Positions 19,073-29,508 of a stretch of 64,000 nucleotides of DNA are shown piece after piece (position 1 is the stretch's first letter; the number at the start of each line of letters is the position of its first letter). The position numbers and the translations under genes were made by a program. Location of the stretch: positions 704,001-768,000 of the forward strand of contig CAWEZH010000002.1 in assembly GCA_963813535.1 (NCBI GenBank). Reading direction: 5' to 3'. Source of the DNA: an uncultured Chloroflexia bacterium (GTDB taxonomy: Bacteria; Chloroflexota; Limnocylindria; Limnocylindrales; CSP1-4). Under the pieces are notes generated by a model, which was not told the DNA's origin, did no database searches, and saw only the letters and a list, made by a program, of their open reading frames with translations.

Positions 19073-19207
19073 TCAGTAGGCGGGGGCGACCGCAGAGGGG
19101 GCGGCAGACGGAGCCGGGGCGCCGCTCGAACCGCCACCGGACGGCGAGCACGCGCCGAGTGCGCCGGCGAGCACCAGGATCAGCGCAACGATCGATCGAC
19201 GGACCAC
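19073..19207 (-). CDS. 44-aa lipoprotein with Ser/Pro/Ala/Gly tail
   Basis: SD AAGGAGG then GTG; signal peptide with lipobox LGAC. Confidence 0.7.
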   Translation of the reverse strand: MVRRSIVALILVLAGALGACSPSGGGSSGAPAPSAAPSAVAPAY

Positions 19208-19281
19208 GCGAGACCTCCTTCTCACTCCTGCCATGGGATTCGGCGGACCCCTGCCGACCGGTTTCCCGTGATGATGGCCCC

Positions 19282-20094
19282 ATGGAGGGCTACGAGTTGA
19301 TCGATGCCGGAGCCGGTCGCCGTCTCGAACGGTTCGGTGCGCACGTGGTCGACCGTCCGCATCCGGGTGCCGACGACCATCGGCGCGCACCCGCGCGTTG
19401 GCAAGACGCGGATCTTGCGTTCGACAGAGACACGGGCTGGAGCGGCGACGGTCTGGCGACGGCCCGGTCTGGCTGGGATGTGGACCTCGAGGGTCTCGGA
19501 TTGGAGTTGCGCCCGACCGAGACCGGCCAGGTCGGCGTGTTCCCAGAGCACGCGGTCACGTTGCCATGGCTCCGCGACCGCATCGACGCGGCACCAGAGC
19601 GGCCCGACGTCCTCAACCTCTTCGCGTTCACCGGCCTCGCCACCCTCGCGCTCGCCCGAGCCGGTTCAGCCGTCGTCCATGTCGATGCGGCTCGGCCCGC
19701 CGTCGAGTGGGCACGCCGGCACGCGGCGAGGAACGGCCTCGAGGACCGACCGATCCGCTGGCTCGTCGATGACGCACGAGCGTTCGTCGCCCGAGAGGTC
19801 CGTCGCGGTCGCCGCTATCACGGCGTCGTGCTCGACCCACCGACATACGGGCACGGGCCGTCCGGCAAGGCGTGGCGGCTGTCGCGTGACCTCCAGCCGT
19901 TGCTGGACGACGTCCGTCGCCTGCTGGTGCCGGGCGCGTTCATCCTGCTGACCGCTCACGCGGCCGATCTCGACCCGGGTCGACTGGGCGGCTACCTGGG
20001 CGAAGCGGCGGAGGTCGGCGACCTGGTCATCACGGCGACATCGGGAGCGACCCTGCGGCTCGGTGCCTACGCCCGCCTGGGCCGCGCATCATGA
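19282..20094 (+). CDS. Class I SAM-dependent methyltransferase (RlmI/RlmK-like)
   Basis: YELID.G..RRLERFG, GVFPE, VLNLFAFTG, HVDA, LDPPTYG. Confidence 0.85.
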   Translation: MEGYELIDAGAGRRLERFGAHVVDRPHPGADDHRRAPARWQDADLAFDRDTGWSGDGLATARSGWDVDLEGLGLELRPTETGQVGVFPEHAVTLPWLRDRIDAAPERPDVLNLFAFTGLATLALARAGSAVVHVDAARPAVEWARRHAARNGLEDRPIRWLVDDARAFVAREVRRGRRYHGVVLDPPTYGHGPSGKAWRLSRDLQPLLDDVRRLLVPGAFILLTAHAADLDPGRLGGYLGEAAEVGDLVITATSGATLRLGAYARLGRAS

Positions 20095-20921
20095 GCTCGA
20101 TGCCCAGCAAAACGATCGCCAGCCCGTCGAACCCCCAGATCAAGTCGGTCGCCCGGCTGCGAGATCGGCGACAGCGCGATTCGACCGGTCTGACGCTGGT
20201 CGACGGGGCGCGCGAGGTGCGCCGTGCGCTCGATTCGGGGATCGAGGTCGTCGAAGCGTTCGTGTGCGAGCCGATGCTCGCTGGTGAGGATGCCCGTGCC
20301 GCGCTCGACGCCATGGCGGCGCGCGGCATCCCGTCGGTCAGCACGACCGAGGCGGCGTTCGCCAAGGTGGCGTTCGGCGATCGGGCCGACGGGCTGATCG
20401 CGGTCGTTCGCGTGCCAGGGCTACTCCTCGATGACCTCGAGCTCCCTGCTGATCCCTTGATCGTCGTCCTCGAAGGCGTCGAGAAGCCCGGCAACCTCGG
20501 CGCCGTCCTCCGGAGCGCCGACGGTGCCGGCGCGGATGCGTTGATCGCCGCCTCGCCGCGGACCGACCTGTTCAATCCGAACGCCATCCGGGCGAGCGCA
20601 GGCACGATCTTCTCGATCCCGATCGCCGCCGCGCCACGTCCGGACGTCGTCGGTTGGCTGCGCGAGCGATCGATCCGGATCGTCGCTGCGAGGGTCGATG
20701 CCGATGAGCTCTATACCGCCACTGACCTGACCGGCCCGCTCGCCGTCGTGTTCGGGAGCGAGGCCGACGGCCTGACCGATGCCTGGGATGCCGCCGACAT
20801 CGCCGCCGCCCGGCTCCCGATGCGGGGCATCGCGGACAGTCTCAACGTGTCGGTGTCGGCCGCGGTGGTCCTGTACGAGGCGAGACGGCAACGCGACCGC
20901 AAGGCGCACACGCCAGACTGA
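20091..20921 (+). CDS. TrmH/SpoU family RNA methyltransferase
   Basis: EKPGNLGAVLRSA, FGSEADGL, LPMRG..DSLNVS. Confidence 0.93.
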   Translation: MSSMPSKTIASPSNPQIKSVARLRDRRQRDSTGLTLVDGAREVRRALDSGIEVVEAFVCEPMLAGEDARAALDAMAARGIPSVSTTEAAFAKVAFGDRADGLIAVVRVPGLLLDDLELPADPLIVVLEGVEKPGNLGAVLRSADGAGADALIAASPRTDLFNPNAIRASAGTIFSIPIAAAPRPDVVGWLRERSIRIVAARVDADELYTATDLTGPLAVVFGSEADGLTDAWDAADIAAARLPMRGIADSLNVSVSAAVVLYEARRQRDRKAHTPD

Positions 20922-20925
20922 CGCG

Positions 20926-22308
20926 ATGGAATCGACGTTCGATCTCATCATCATCGGCGCCGGGCCTGGCGGTGAGGCGGCAGCCCACAAGGCTCGAGGC
21001 CTCGGAGCGACCGTCGTCATCATCGACCGGAAGTGGTTCGGCGGCAGCTGTCCGCACGTCGGCTGCCTGCCGTCAAAGGCGCTGCTCCACGGGGCCGCCG
21101 AGCACCACGCGAACCCGCGAACCTACGACTGGCCGCATGCATCGAAGCATCGCGACTTCATGATCAATCGCGCGCCCGACAAGCCGGAACCGGACGACAC
21201 TAGCCATATCCGAGCGCTGGAGACGGCGGGCGCGGTCTGCTATCGAGGCGATGCGCGGATCACCGGGCGGGGCCGCGTGACCGTTTCCCACGAGGGTGTC
21301 CGCCACGAGCTGTCGGCCTCAGACATCGTCATCGCCGTCGGCTCGCACTCGCGCGCGATCCGCATCCCCGGGATCGACGGCGTCGACGTCTGGACCAATG
21401 AACAGGCGACCCTCAGCAGGGAGCTGCCGCGGAGCATGCTGATCCTTGGTGGCGGGCCGACAGGCTGTGAGCTGGCACAGGTGTACGCCCGATTCGAGGT
21501 GCCGGTCACCATCGTCCAATCGGGCCCGCGGCTCGCACCGACCGACCACCCGCGCAATTCGGACGTCGTCCGCGCGACCCTCGAGGCGGATGGCGTCACG
21601 ATCCGCACGGGCGTCCGGGCCGTTGCCGCTCGCGCCGGCGCGGGTGCCGATGGCGCACACGTCGTCGATCTCGATGACGAATCGTCGGTCGAAGGTCACG
21701 TCGTGCTGGCCGCGATCGGCCGCGAGGTGCCACTCGACGACCTCGGTCTCGAGCACTACGGCCTCGATCTCAGCGGGCGGACGCCGCCCTATCCGCGTGA
21801 CGGGCGGATGCGGATCGCGGACGGCCTCTACGCCGTCGGTGATGCCGCCGGCCCGGAGCTGCACACTCACCAGGCCCACTACCAGGGCGAGCTGGCCGCG
21901 CGGATGGCTCACGGCGAGTCGGTCACGCCGGATTACCGCGCGTTGCCGCGTGCGACCTACACCGACCCGGAAGCCGCGTTCGTCGGTCTGTCGCTCGAGG
22001 GCGCCCGCGAAGCGGGCCTCGACGCGTTCGAACAGGTCGCCGACTTCGCCGAGAGCAGTCGCGGCTACGCCGTCGAGGCCAAGCTCGGGCACGTGACGAT
22101 CGTTTTCGACCGCGCCACACGACAGCTGGTCGGCGCGGCGATGGCCTGCCCCGACGCATCGGCGGCGATCCACGAGTGTGTGCTCGCGATCAAGGCCCGG
22201 ACGCCGGTGGACGTCCTGGCCGACACGATCCATGCGTTCCCGTCCACGTCGCGCATCTTCAACGGTCTCTTCGCGGACGCCCTCGCTGAGCTCGACCGCC
22301 CGGCCTAG
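20926..22308 (+). CDS. Pyridine nucleotide-disulfide oxidoreductase (dihydrolipoamide dehydrogenase/mercuric reductase-like)
   Basis: GAGPGG, GGSCPHVGCLPSK, GGGPTGCE, YTDPE, HAFP. Confidence 0.85.
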   Translation: MESTFDLIIIGAGPGGEAAAHKARGLGATVVIIDRKWFGGSCPHVGCLPSKALLHGAAEHHANPRTYDWPHASKHRDFMINRAPDKPEPDDTSHIRALETAGAVCYRGDARITGRGRVTVSHEGVRHELSASDIVIAVGSHSRAIRIPGIDGVDVWTNEQATLSRELPRSMLILGGGPTGCELAQVYARFEVPVTIVQSGPRLAPTDHPRNSDVVRATLEADGVTIRTGVRAVAARAGAGADGAHVVDLDDESSVEGHVVLAAIGREVPLDDLGLEHYGLDLSGRTPPYPRDGRMRIADGLYAVGDAAGPELHTHQAHYQGELAARMAHGESVTPDYRALPRATYTDPEAAFVGLSLEGAREAGLDAFEQVADFAESSRGYAVEAKLGHVTIVFDRATRQLVGAAMACPDASAAIHECVLAIKARTPVDVLADTIHAFPSTSRIFNGLFADALAELDRPA

Positions 22309-23945
22309 ACCTCGAACACGACCTTCCCGTCCATCAGGACGATCTGCGGGCGGGTCGTCGAGAGCGGTCCGCCGGGACTCACCGGTTCGTCGATCGCGGC
22401 GGCCGGGATGACCACGACGTCGGCGCGCTGACCGACCGTCAACCGGCCGCGGTCCGTCTGGCGCGCCGAGATCGGACCATCGATGCAGTTCGCCCGCAGC
22501 GCCCGGTCGAGCGTGAGCGACTGCTCCGGCGCGTACTCGGGCGTACCGCTCGGCCACCGGGCATCCTCGCGCCGGACGGCCAGCGCAAGACCGGGCCACG
22601 GGTCGTATGGCTCGACGGGCGCGTCCGTCCCGAACGGCATGACCGCCCCTGTGTCGGCGATGGCCTTCCAGGTGTAGCCCTCGGACTCCGCTCGATCGCC
22701 CCACAGCTTCCAGGCCTGCAGCGCATCGGAGCCGAGGTGGACCGGCTGGACGCTGGCCGCGATGCCCGCCGCTGCGAACCGGGGCCGGTCGTCCGGATGG
22801 AGCATCTGGGCGTGCTCGATCCGTGGCATCAGCGGCGAGGTCTGGGCGAACGGCGTCAGGACGTCGAGCGCGGCGCGCACGGCCGCGTCCCCGATCGCGT
22901 GGATCATCGTGGCGATCCCGCGGGCGGCCGCCCGCTCCACTCGCTCGCGCAGACCGTCCGGTTCGGTCATCCAGACGCCCCGCCGAAGCACGGGTGCCAA
23001 GGGCCGCTCGGGCTCGGCCTCGATGTCCTCCAGGAGCGCTGCCGTCCGCGATCCGAGCGAGCCGTCGGCGAAACATTTCTGCCAGCCGACGACCGCCCGC
23101 CCATCCGGCGCGGCCCCGAGTGGCGTGCCGCTTCGATAGCCGCGTTCGATCGCCGTCGCGACCGCGTCGTCGCGCATGCACGCGTGGACCCTGACCGGTA
23201 GTCGCCCGGACTCCGACAGCCGTGCATAGGCCGGGAACGAGTATTCCAACGACGGGTCGGGCGCGACACCGCCCGGGTCATGGCACGCCACGACGCCCAG
23301 CCGGACGAGATCCTGACCGACTTCGGTCAGCGTCTGGTCCAGGTCCGCCGCGGCCGGTGGCGGGACGTGGATCGTCACCAGCCTGGTCGCCGCTTCGTAC
23401 AGCACGCCTTCGGGCGACCCGCCGGCGGCACGGCGGATCACGCCGCCGGGAGGATCGCCCGCCGGGAGATCGGCTTCACGGATCGCCGCGTGACTCGCCC
23501 AGAGCGCGTGATGATCGTGCGCCCACAGGGCGGCGCGCCGGCCCGGCGCAACGGCCTCCAGGGCGTCGGCGGTCGGCCAGCCGCCCCATCGATCGGAGTC
23601 CCAGCCGTGGCCCTCGAGCCACGCGTCGGAGTGCAGCCGCTCGTGGGCGTCTCGAAGCCGCGCGAGCCCCTCCTCCAGCGTCCACGCATCCCCGAGGTCG
23701 ACATGCCGCGACGCGAGCGCCGCCTGCGCGAGGTGGAGGTGCGCATCGGTCAGTCCAGGGATCGCGACCTGATCGGGCTCCAGCGTGATCCGCACGGTGA
23801 AGGGGTCGGCACGGGTCTCGAGATCGATCTCCGACCCGGCGAACGCGACCCGGCCGTCGCGGATCCCGATCGCTTCGACCCAGCCGAAGCCGGAATCACC
23901 GGCGAGGGTCGCGATACGGCCGGTGATGAGCGTTTCGAGTGGCAT
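22305..23945 (-). CDS. Amidohydrolase (YtcJ-like, Amidohydro_3)
   Basis: PGLTDAHLH, K.FADGSLGSRTA, HAIGD, RIEHAQ, FGTDAPVE. Confidence 0.9.
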   Translation of the reverse strand: MPLETLITGRIATLAGDSGFGWVEAIGIRDGRVAFAGSEIDLETRADPFTVRITLEPDQVAIPGLTDAHLHLAQAALASRHVDLGDAWTLEEGLARLRDAHERLHSDAWLEGHGWDSDRWGGWPTADALEAVAPGRRAALWAHDHHALWASHAAIREADLPAGDPPGGVIRRAAGGSPEGVLYEAATRLVTIHVPPPAAADLDQTLTEVGQDLVRLGVVACHDPGGVAPDPSLEYSFPAYARLSESGRLPVRVHACMRDDAVATAIERGYRSGTPLGAAPDGRAVVGWQKCFADGSLGSRTAALLEDIEAEPERPLAPVLRRGVWMTEPDGLRERVERAAARGIATMIHAIGDAAVRAALDVLTPFAQTSPLMPRIEHAQMLHPDDRPRFAAAGIAASVQPVHLGSDALQAWKLWGDRAESEGYTWKAIADTGAVMPFGTDAPVEPYDPWPGLALAVRREDARWPSGTPEYAPEQSLTLDRALRANCIDGPISARQTDRGRLTVGQRADVVVIPAAAIDEPVSPGGPLSTTRPQIVLMDGKVVFEV

Positions 23946-23951
23946 GGCCGG

Positions 23952-24943
23952 TCAGCGTACCGGGTCGGCGAGGAGCTCCACGAGATCGTCCCGCCCGAGC
24001 CCAGCGCCGAGACCCAGCGCGACCGCGACCCGAGCCTTGATGGCGCACAGCGTGCCGACCGGGATGGCACCGGCCCGCGCCCATGTCGCTCCTCCGCCAG
24101 GGAAGGCATAGGCCGTCGAGATCGCGCCCGAGGGGCAGCGCGAGGCCAGCACGACCGTGACGCCGTCGGCCATCGCCCGCTCCGCCGCCGCCAGCATCGC
24201 GGCGGACGTGTTGCCGGCGCCTGTCGCCGCCACGACGAGGCCGCGTGCGCCGGACCCGACGGCGCCGTCGATCATGGCCCCGTCAGAGCCGATCCCCGCC
24301 TGCACCAGCTCAACGCGAGCGCCGTCAATCGGCACGGGCCGGAGGCGACGTCGCGCACTGCGCTGGCCGCTCCAGCACGACCTCGCCGCCCTCCCCCACC
24401 CGGCCGAGCGACCCACGATTCGGCGAGCGGAACGTGTCGAGCGCCGTGGTGTGCATCTTGGTGGCGTCATCCGCCGCTTCGATCGTGCCTGCAAGCGACA
24501 CCACGACGCCTGCATCCCGCAGCGTCGGCGAGGCGGCCACCGACACCGCCCGGCGCAGGTTATCCGGGCCCTCGTAGCCCTCTTCGTGCGACGCCCGCAT
24601 CGCGCCGGTGACGACGACGGGCTTGGACGAGTCCAGGACGAGGTCCCACGCGAAGGCCGTCTCCTCGATGGTGTCCGTGCCCTGGACCACGACGACGCCC
24701 TCGATCGCCTCGTCGTCGAGCGCCTCCTGGACGACCCGGCCGAGCGTCATGAGGTCGGCGAACGTGAAGTGGCTGGCAGGCGTCAGCCCGCGGTCGATCG
24801 GGACGACATCCGCGATGGCATCGAGGCCCGATGTCCGGGACAGGATCGCCGCACCGTCCAGCGCTCGGAACGTTACCGCCAGCGATCGGGTCGAAGCCCA
24901 TGCTGATCGTCCCGCCCGTGAACACGGCGGCGACGCGTGCCAC
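23952..24943 (-). CDS. L-asparaginase, split by two frameshifts (~24866 and ~24361)
   Basis: FTGGTISM, VQGTDTIEETA, VVTGAMR, DGP.NL-like motif, ATGAGN, spread over three frames. Confidence 0.85.
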
Positions 24944-24944
24944 C

Positions 24945-26471
24945 TCAGTCCCGGTCGGCGGGATCGGCCGGCCCGGACGGTGCCCAGGGTGGCGGCACGG
25001 GCGGCGGCGGTTCGGCGGGCGTGGCGGACGACTGTCCGCGCCATGACGGTCGATCGGCACCGAGCGCAGCCGCGAGCGGATCCTCGACGTGCGGGTCGGC
25101 CGTCGCACCGGCCGGTATGAGGTTCGGGTCACGGAGCAGGACGCTCGCGACACCGGCCAGCATCACGGCGATCGCCACGGTGAGCATCACCGTCGCCGTG
25201 CCGATGAAGTCGGAGATCGGCCCGACGACGATGATCGGCACGAAGCTCGACACCGACACCAGCATGAACAGGACACCGAAGACGCGGCCCCGCACGTCTT
25301 CGGGCAGATCCTCCTGGAGCTGCGTCTGTGCCGGGATCGCCACCGCCGAATAGGCGATGCCCGCGATGAAGGCGATAAAGACCACGATGGCGAGCAGGGA
25401 CGTGATCGCGGACAGGTCGAGCAGGTCACCGGCCCGGTCGACCCGCTGCAGGAACTGGCTGATCGGTCCGGCCACCGACAGCAGCGCGAGCATCACGCCG
25501 AGCAGGATCAGGCCGCCTTCGATGACCCGCCGACGCGGCAGGAACTTGCCATACGAGTTGAGCAACAGGATGCCCATCACGATCCCGAGGCCCAGCGGCA
25601 GCACGATCACCGCGATGTCCTTCGGGCGCAGCCCGAGGGCAGATTGCGCGAAGTCCGGACCAAGAACGCCCAGCACACCGACGAGCGACGCCGTAATACC
25701 GAGGTACAGCAGGGACCACGCGATCGACCGATTCGACCTGATGATCGCGAAGCCCTCGCGGAGCTGGACCAGCGTCGATTCCACCGCCTGCTGGGTCTCG
25801 CCGACGGTCGTCCCCTGCCCGTTCGCTCGGGCGGGCGGCGGCGACGTGGGGAGGGTCCAGCAGAACACGGCGGCCAGGAAGTACAGGCCGGCGACGACGA
25901 GGATCACGGCCTGCGGCCCGGCGATGCTGATCACCAGCGGACCAAGCAGCGCGAACCCCAGCGCGAATGCGGCGTTCAGCGTGAGTGTGAAGACGCCGTT
26001 CGCAGCCAGGAGCTGCTGCCGCGGCACGACCTCCGGGATCATGGCCGCCTCCGCCGGAGCGAAGAAGACCGTCACCGTCGACACGAACAGGTTGAGCAGC
26101 AACAACAGCAGCAGGTGATCGCCGACCAGGAAGATGCCGATCATCGCGAACCCGCGCAGCACGTTGGTCGCGATGAGGACCAGTCGCCGGTCGATCCGGT
26201 CGACGTAGACCCCGGCGACGGCCGAGAAGAGGACGGCCGGGACGAGGAAGGACAGGATCAGCAGGCTGACTGCCGTGTTGGGGTTGTTCTCCGATACGAC
26301 GACCGTCAGCCCGAACAGCACCATGTTGCCGCCGATCTGGGTCGCGGCCTGCGACAGCCAGAGACGGAGGAACGGCGGGTTGCGGAAGACGGCGAGGGGG
26401 CCCTCGCCGGTGCCGGGCTCGGTGCCCGACTCGATCGCGTCGGACTCGAGCGGCACCCCGGAGTCGGTCAC
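24945..26471 (-). CDS. MFS transporter (H+ antiporter-3 like)
   Basis: About 12 TMs, FLRLWLSQ, GVYVDRIDRR, FFAPAEAAMIP, RGRVFG. Confidence 0.88.
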   Translation of the reverse strand: MTDSGVPLESDAIESGTEPGTGEGPLAVFRNPPFLRLWLSQAATQIGGNMVLFGLTVVVSENNPNTAVSLLILSFLVPAVLFSAVAGVYVDRIDRRLVLIATNVLRGFAMIGIFLVGDHLLLLLLLNLFVSTVTVFFAPAEAAMIPEVVPRQQLLAANGVFTLTLNAAFALGFALLGPLVISIAGPQAVILVVAGLYFLAAVFCWTLPTSPPPARANGQGTTVGETQQAVESTLVQLREGFAIIRSNRSIAWSLLYLGITASLVGVLGVLGPDFAQSALGLRPKDIAVIVLPLGLGIVMGILLLNSYGKFLPRRRVIEGGLILLGVMLALLSVAGPISQFLQRVDRAGDLLDLSAITSLLAIVVFIAFIAGIAYSAVAIPAQTQLQEDLPEDVRGRVFGVLFMLVSVSSFVPIIVVGPISDFIGTATVMLTVAIAVMLAGVASVLLRDPNLIPAGATADPHVEDPLAAALGADRPSWRGQSSATPAEPPPPVPPPWAPSGPADPADRD

Positions 26472-26740
26472 GATGGACGGTCGGGCGGGATCCCTGCGTT
26501 CGAGGGATGGTCGGGGGTCACAGCGGCCGTGATCGTCGCGTCCCCCCGCTCGACGAACCCGTCGAGCCGCCGCTCGAGCGTCGCGCGCTCGATCAGCACG
26601 TGCCGACCGCAGGTCCGACAGCGCAGCCCGATGTCCGCGCCGAGTCGGTCGACGAGCCATGTGTCGCCACCGCAGGGATGCGTCCGACGCAGGCGGAGGA
26701 CATCGCCGAGCAGCAGGTCGAGGATGGGACGGTCCGGCAC
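26468..26740 (-). CDS. DUF951 domain protein
   Basis: GDVLRLRRTHPCGGDTW...GADIGLRC..CGR. Confidence 0.88.
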   Translation of the reverse strand: MPDRPILDLLLGDVLRLRRTHPCGGDTWLVDRLGADIGLRCRTCGRHVLIERATLERRLDGFVERGDATITAAVTPDHPSNAGIPPDRPS

Positions 26741-26753
26741 GGCGGGCAGGGTA

Positions 26754-27428
26754 TCAGAGGCGCGGGTGACCATGGCTCGGCACCAGGTCGCGTTCCGTCG
26801 CGGGCACGCCGATGCGATCGAGCGGGGTCACCTCGACGAGCACATCGGGCTGGGTGGCCGACAGCTGGGCGATGATGCCGCCCGGCCGGGTCAACGAACC
26901 GGTGAGCTTGTCGGGGGCACCGATGGCGCTCAGCGTGAACAAATCCTCGAGTGCGACGCCGTCCAGGATCACGGCCCCGGCCGCGCCGACGGCGACGACA
27001 CCGGGGACGAGCCGGAGGTCGTCGATCGCCATCGCCTCGGCGCCGGCGTTGCGCAGCTCGTTCACGAGGTCCTCGACGCCGGGACCGTCGATCGGTCCGC
27101 GCACAGTGATCGAGACACCCGGGCCCATCGCCGGGTCGGTGCCCGCGTAGAGCCGGACGCGCCGCAGATCGGCCCGCAGCTCGTCGACCGACGCGTCGCC
27201 TCGATCGGTGTTCTGGGCGAGGACATCGAGCTCGCGCTCGAGGGTCGCGACCTCGGTCCGGAGCTGGTCGTTGCGGTCGTCGAGGTTGGCCACGAGGACG
27301 GTGAGGTCCTGCGAGGACAGACCGGCGAACGCGGTGCTGCTCGCCTGGGTGCGGAGCTGGATCACCACGAGCAGGCCGAGCAGGAACGTGACCGCGGCGA
27401 TCGTGACCTGGTTCCGGCGGCGACGCAT
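26754..27428 (-). CDS. DUF881 family protein
   Basis: N-terminal TM plus coiled coil, AG..P..GPGV, LVNELRNAGAEAMAI. Confidence 0.88.
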   Translation of the reverse strand: MRRRRNQVTIAAVTFLLGLLVVIQLRTQASSTAFAGLSSQDLTVLVANLDDRNDQLRTEVATLERELDVLAQNTDRGDASVDELRADLRRVRLYAGTDPAMGPGVSITVRGPIDGPGVEDLVNELRNAGAEAMAIDDLRLVPGVVAVGAAGAVILDGVALEDLFTLSAIGAPDKLTGSLTRPGGIIAQLSATQPDVLVEVTPLDRIGVPATERDLVPSHGHPRL

Positions 27429-27430
27429 GG

Positions 27431-28180
27431 CTAGGGTGCCGGCTCAGGGCGCGCGTAGCGCAGCGTGACCGTGCCGGCGAACGCCGGGATATCGACCGAC
27501 TCGGGCTCGGCGACCGACACCTGGATGCCGAACCCCTGGGCGCGCGTCCGGATGAGATCGACGAAGCCGGGCGACCCCCCGAGTCGCGGATACAGGTCGT
27601 CCGGCCCGATCGCGGTCACCTGGTACGGCCCGGCCAGGTACGCCGCGTTGACCAGGATCGACGGACCGACATCGATGATCGCGGTGGTCGGCGTGATGCG
27701 CTCACCGTTGACGGCGATGGCCTCGGCCCCGGCAGCCCACAGCTCCTCGACGACCGATCGCACGTCGCGTGCCCGGACGAGGTAGTCGGCCTGGTCGGCA
27801 CCGGGCCCGACCGGCTCCATGGAGTCCGCGAGCTGGAGGACGATGCCGGTGCCGGCGAGCGGGATCAGACCGGCGGCGATGCGTGCGTCCTGGAGCTCGT
27901 CGTTGAGCTGGCGGACGAGCTCGGCCGACCCCTCACCGGCCTGCTCCGTCGACTGGATGCTGGAGCGCAACTCGAGGATGCGCGCCTTGAGCTCCTCCTG
28001 GCGTCGCTGGAGCTGGGTCGCCGTCTCGACGAGCGGAGAGCGCTCCTGCGTCGTGTACCGGACGCGCGGTCCCTCGGCGGCGAGTTGCGCCGCGATGAGG
28101 AAGCCGAGGCCGAGCAGGGCCGCTCCGAGGGTGATCTGCCAGCTCGGGATCGACCGCAGGCGTGCCGTCATCGAGGTCAC
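27431..28180 (-). CDS. DUF881 family protein
   Basis: TM plus coiled coil, AGL.PL.G.G, VEELWAAGAEAIAVNGERI; start is 28180 (GTGA overlap) or 28171. Confidence 0.88.
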   Translation of the reverse strand: MTSMTARLRSIPSWQITLGAALLGLGFLIAAQLAAEGPRVRYTTQERSPLVETATQLQRRQEELKARILELRSSIQSTEQAGEGSAELVRQLNDELQDARIAAGLIPLAGTGIVLQLADSMEPVGPGADQADYLVRARDVRSVVEELWAAGAEAIAVNGERITPTTAIIDVGPSILVNAAYLAGPYQVTAIGPDDLYPRLGGSPGFVDLIRTRAQGFGIQVSVAEPESVDIPAFAGTVTLRYARPEPAP

Positions 28181-29508
28181 CGCTCGGCGCGCCTCGACCG
28201 CGCCGCCACCAGCAGTACGACGCCACCGATCACGACGACGAAGGCGATCCACAGGCCGATCGACGGGACCGACGAATCTTGGGGAACGGCCGGGCCGCTG
28301 ACCGCCGGTGGCGGCGTCGCGACCGTGCCAGGGGCGACCGATGGTGCCGTGCCCCAGTCGGCCGGCCGTGGTCCGGTCGGCGCGGGCTGGGGGCCGTACT
28401 TCACGGGTTCCTTGGCACCGAGGTCCGCCAGCCACGCATCGTTGAACGCCGCGACGTCCATGCCGATCGCTCCCTCGAACGCCTCGTCGTCAGTACGCCC
28501 ATCGGCATACGACCGGACCAGCGACACGAGCGTGTCCTGGCCGTGTTCGCGAACGAGGTAGTCGATCGCGCTGACGCTCTCGGAATAGGCGAGCCCGAAC
28601 CCCGATCCGGTCGGGAACTGCGCGACGAGGCCATCGAGCGGGATGAGCTCGCCAGAATCGCCGGCGTTCTCGACGGCCGCGCGGTCACCGGCGTCGAAGC
28701 CGACGCTCAAGTACACGGCGAGACCCTCGTTCAGCCAGCGCGGCGGGAAGTGGTACGGGTTGTCGACCGCGGTGTCGAACACCATGTGGATGAGCTCATG
28801 CGGGACGACGTTCTCGACCCAGGGGTCGTCGATGGATGACGGCTCGATGTTGGCGAACAGCGTCCGGATCTCGGCATTCGCCTGGCCGCCCACGTTCTCA
28901 CGCGTGCCGGGGCCGAGCGCGTCATAGAACGCGGAGGTGTCCGCGTAGATGAAGAAGTCGACGGGTTCGGTCTCCTCGACGCCGAGCAGCTTGGCGGTCT
29001 CCTCGACCTCCTGCTCGCCGATACGCAGGGCGCGTTCGCCGAAGGCCTGATCGCCCTCGTACCAGTGGACGCGGACGACGTCGCCCCGCAGCGTCTTCCA
29101 GTCGAAGCGCTCGTCGCTCACGACGGTCCGCGCCTCCGGGCCGGTCCGGACGACGCCGTCGGTCGTGATCCGCCAGCGGACGCGGACCGGGGTATTGGGC
29201 AGGATATGGGCGTCCGGTCCACCCAGCGTGTGCCTGAGCGTCGTCTCGCCCGAGCCGGATGGCACGGACACCTCGCTGACCAGCGGTGCCGGGCTATCGG
29301 CCATCGTCACGAGGACCTCGATGCGCTCGGGCGCGCCGTCGAGCGTCACCGGCTGCGTCGCGACGACGCCTGCGTCGAATGACCCTTCGATCGACGGCCG
29401 CCCGAACTCGACGTTGGCGGCTCGGACCGGCAGCGTGATGACGCCCGACAGGCCGAGGGATAGCGCGACGACCGTGACGGCACGCAGAGGTCGCAAGGGA
29501 GCCCTCAT
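28177..29508 (-). CDS. Secreted, membrane-anchored peptidase MA-like zinc metallohydrolase
   Basis: Signal peptide, HELIH, PRWLNEGLA, AYSES, C-terminal TM. Confidence 0.82.
   Translation of the reverse strand: MRAPLRPLRAVTVVALSLGLSGVITLPVRAANVEFGRPSIEGSFDAGVVATQPVTLDGAPERIEVLVTMADSPAPLVSEVSVPSGSGETTLRHTLGGPDAHILPNTPVRVRWRITTDGVVRTGPEARTVVSDERFDWKTLRGDVVRVHWYEGDQAFGERALRIGEQEVEETAKLLGVEETEPVDFFIYADTSAFYDALGPGTRENVGGQANAEIRTLFANIEPSSIDDPWVENVVPHELIHMVFDTAVDNPYHFPPRWLNEGLAVYLSVGFDAGDRAAVENAGDSGELIPLDGLVAQFPTGSGFGLAYSESVSAIDYLVREHGQDTLVSLVRSYADGRTDDEAFEGAIGMDVAAFNDAWLADLGAKEPVKYGPQPAPTGPRPADWGTAPSVAPGTVATPPPAVSGPAVPQDSSVPSIGLWIAFVVVIGGVVLLVAARSRRAER

Noticed and set aside
20926-22308. Mercuric reductase MerA
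   Set aside because: Lacks the C-terminal Cys-Cys pair and NmerA domain; no mer operon nearby
23952-24943. Programmed frameshifting or pseudogenisation of asparaginase
   Set aside because: No slippery sequence, and similar indels are scattered across unrelated genes, so sequencing error is more likely
25089-27434. Long antisense or alternative-frame ORFs (e.g. 781 aa here; also 6471-8492, 38742-40949, 54274-56133)
   Set aside because: Shadow ORFs typical of high-GC DNA, overlapping well-supported genes and lacking recognisable motifs
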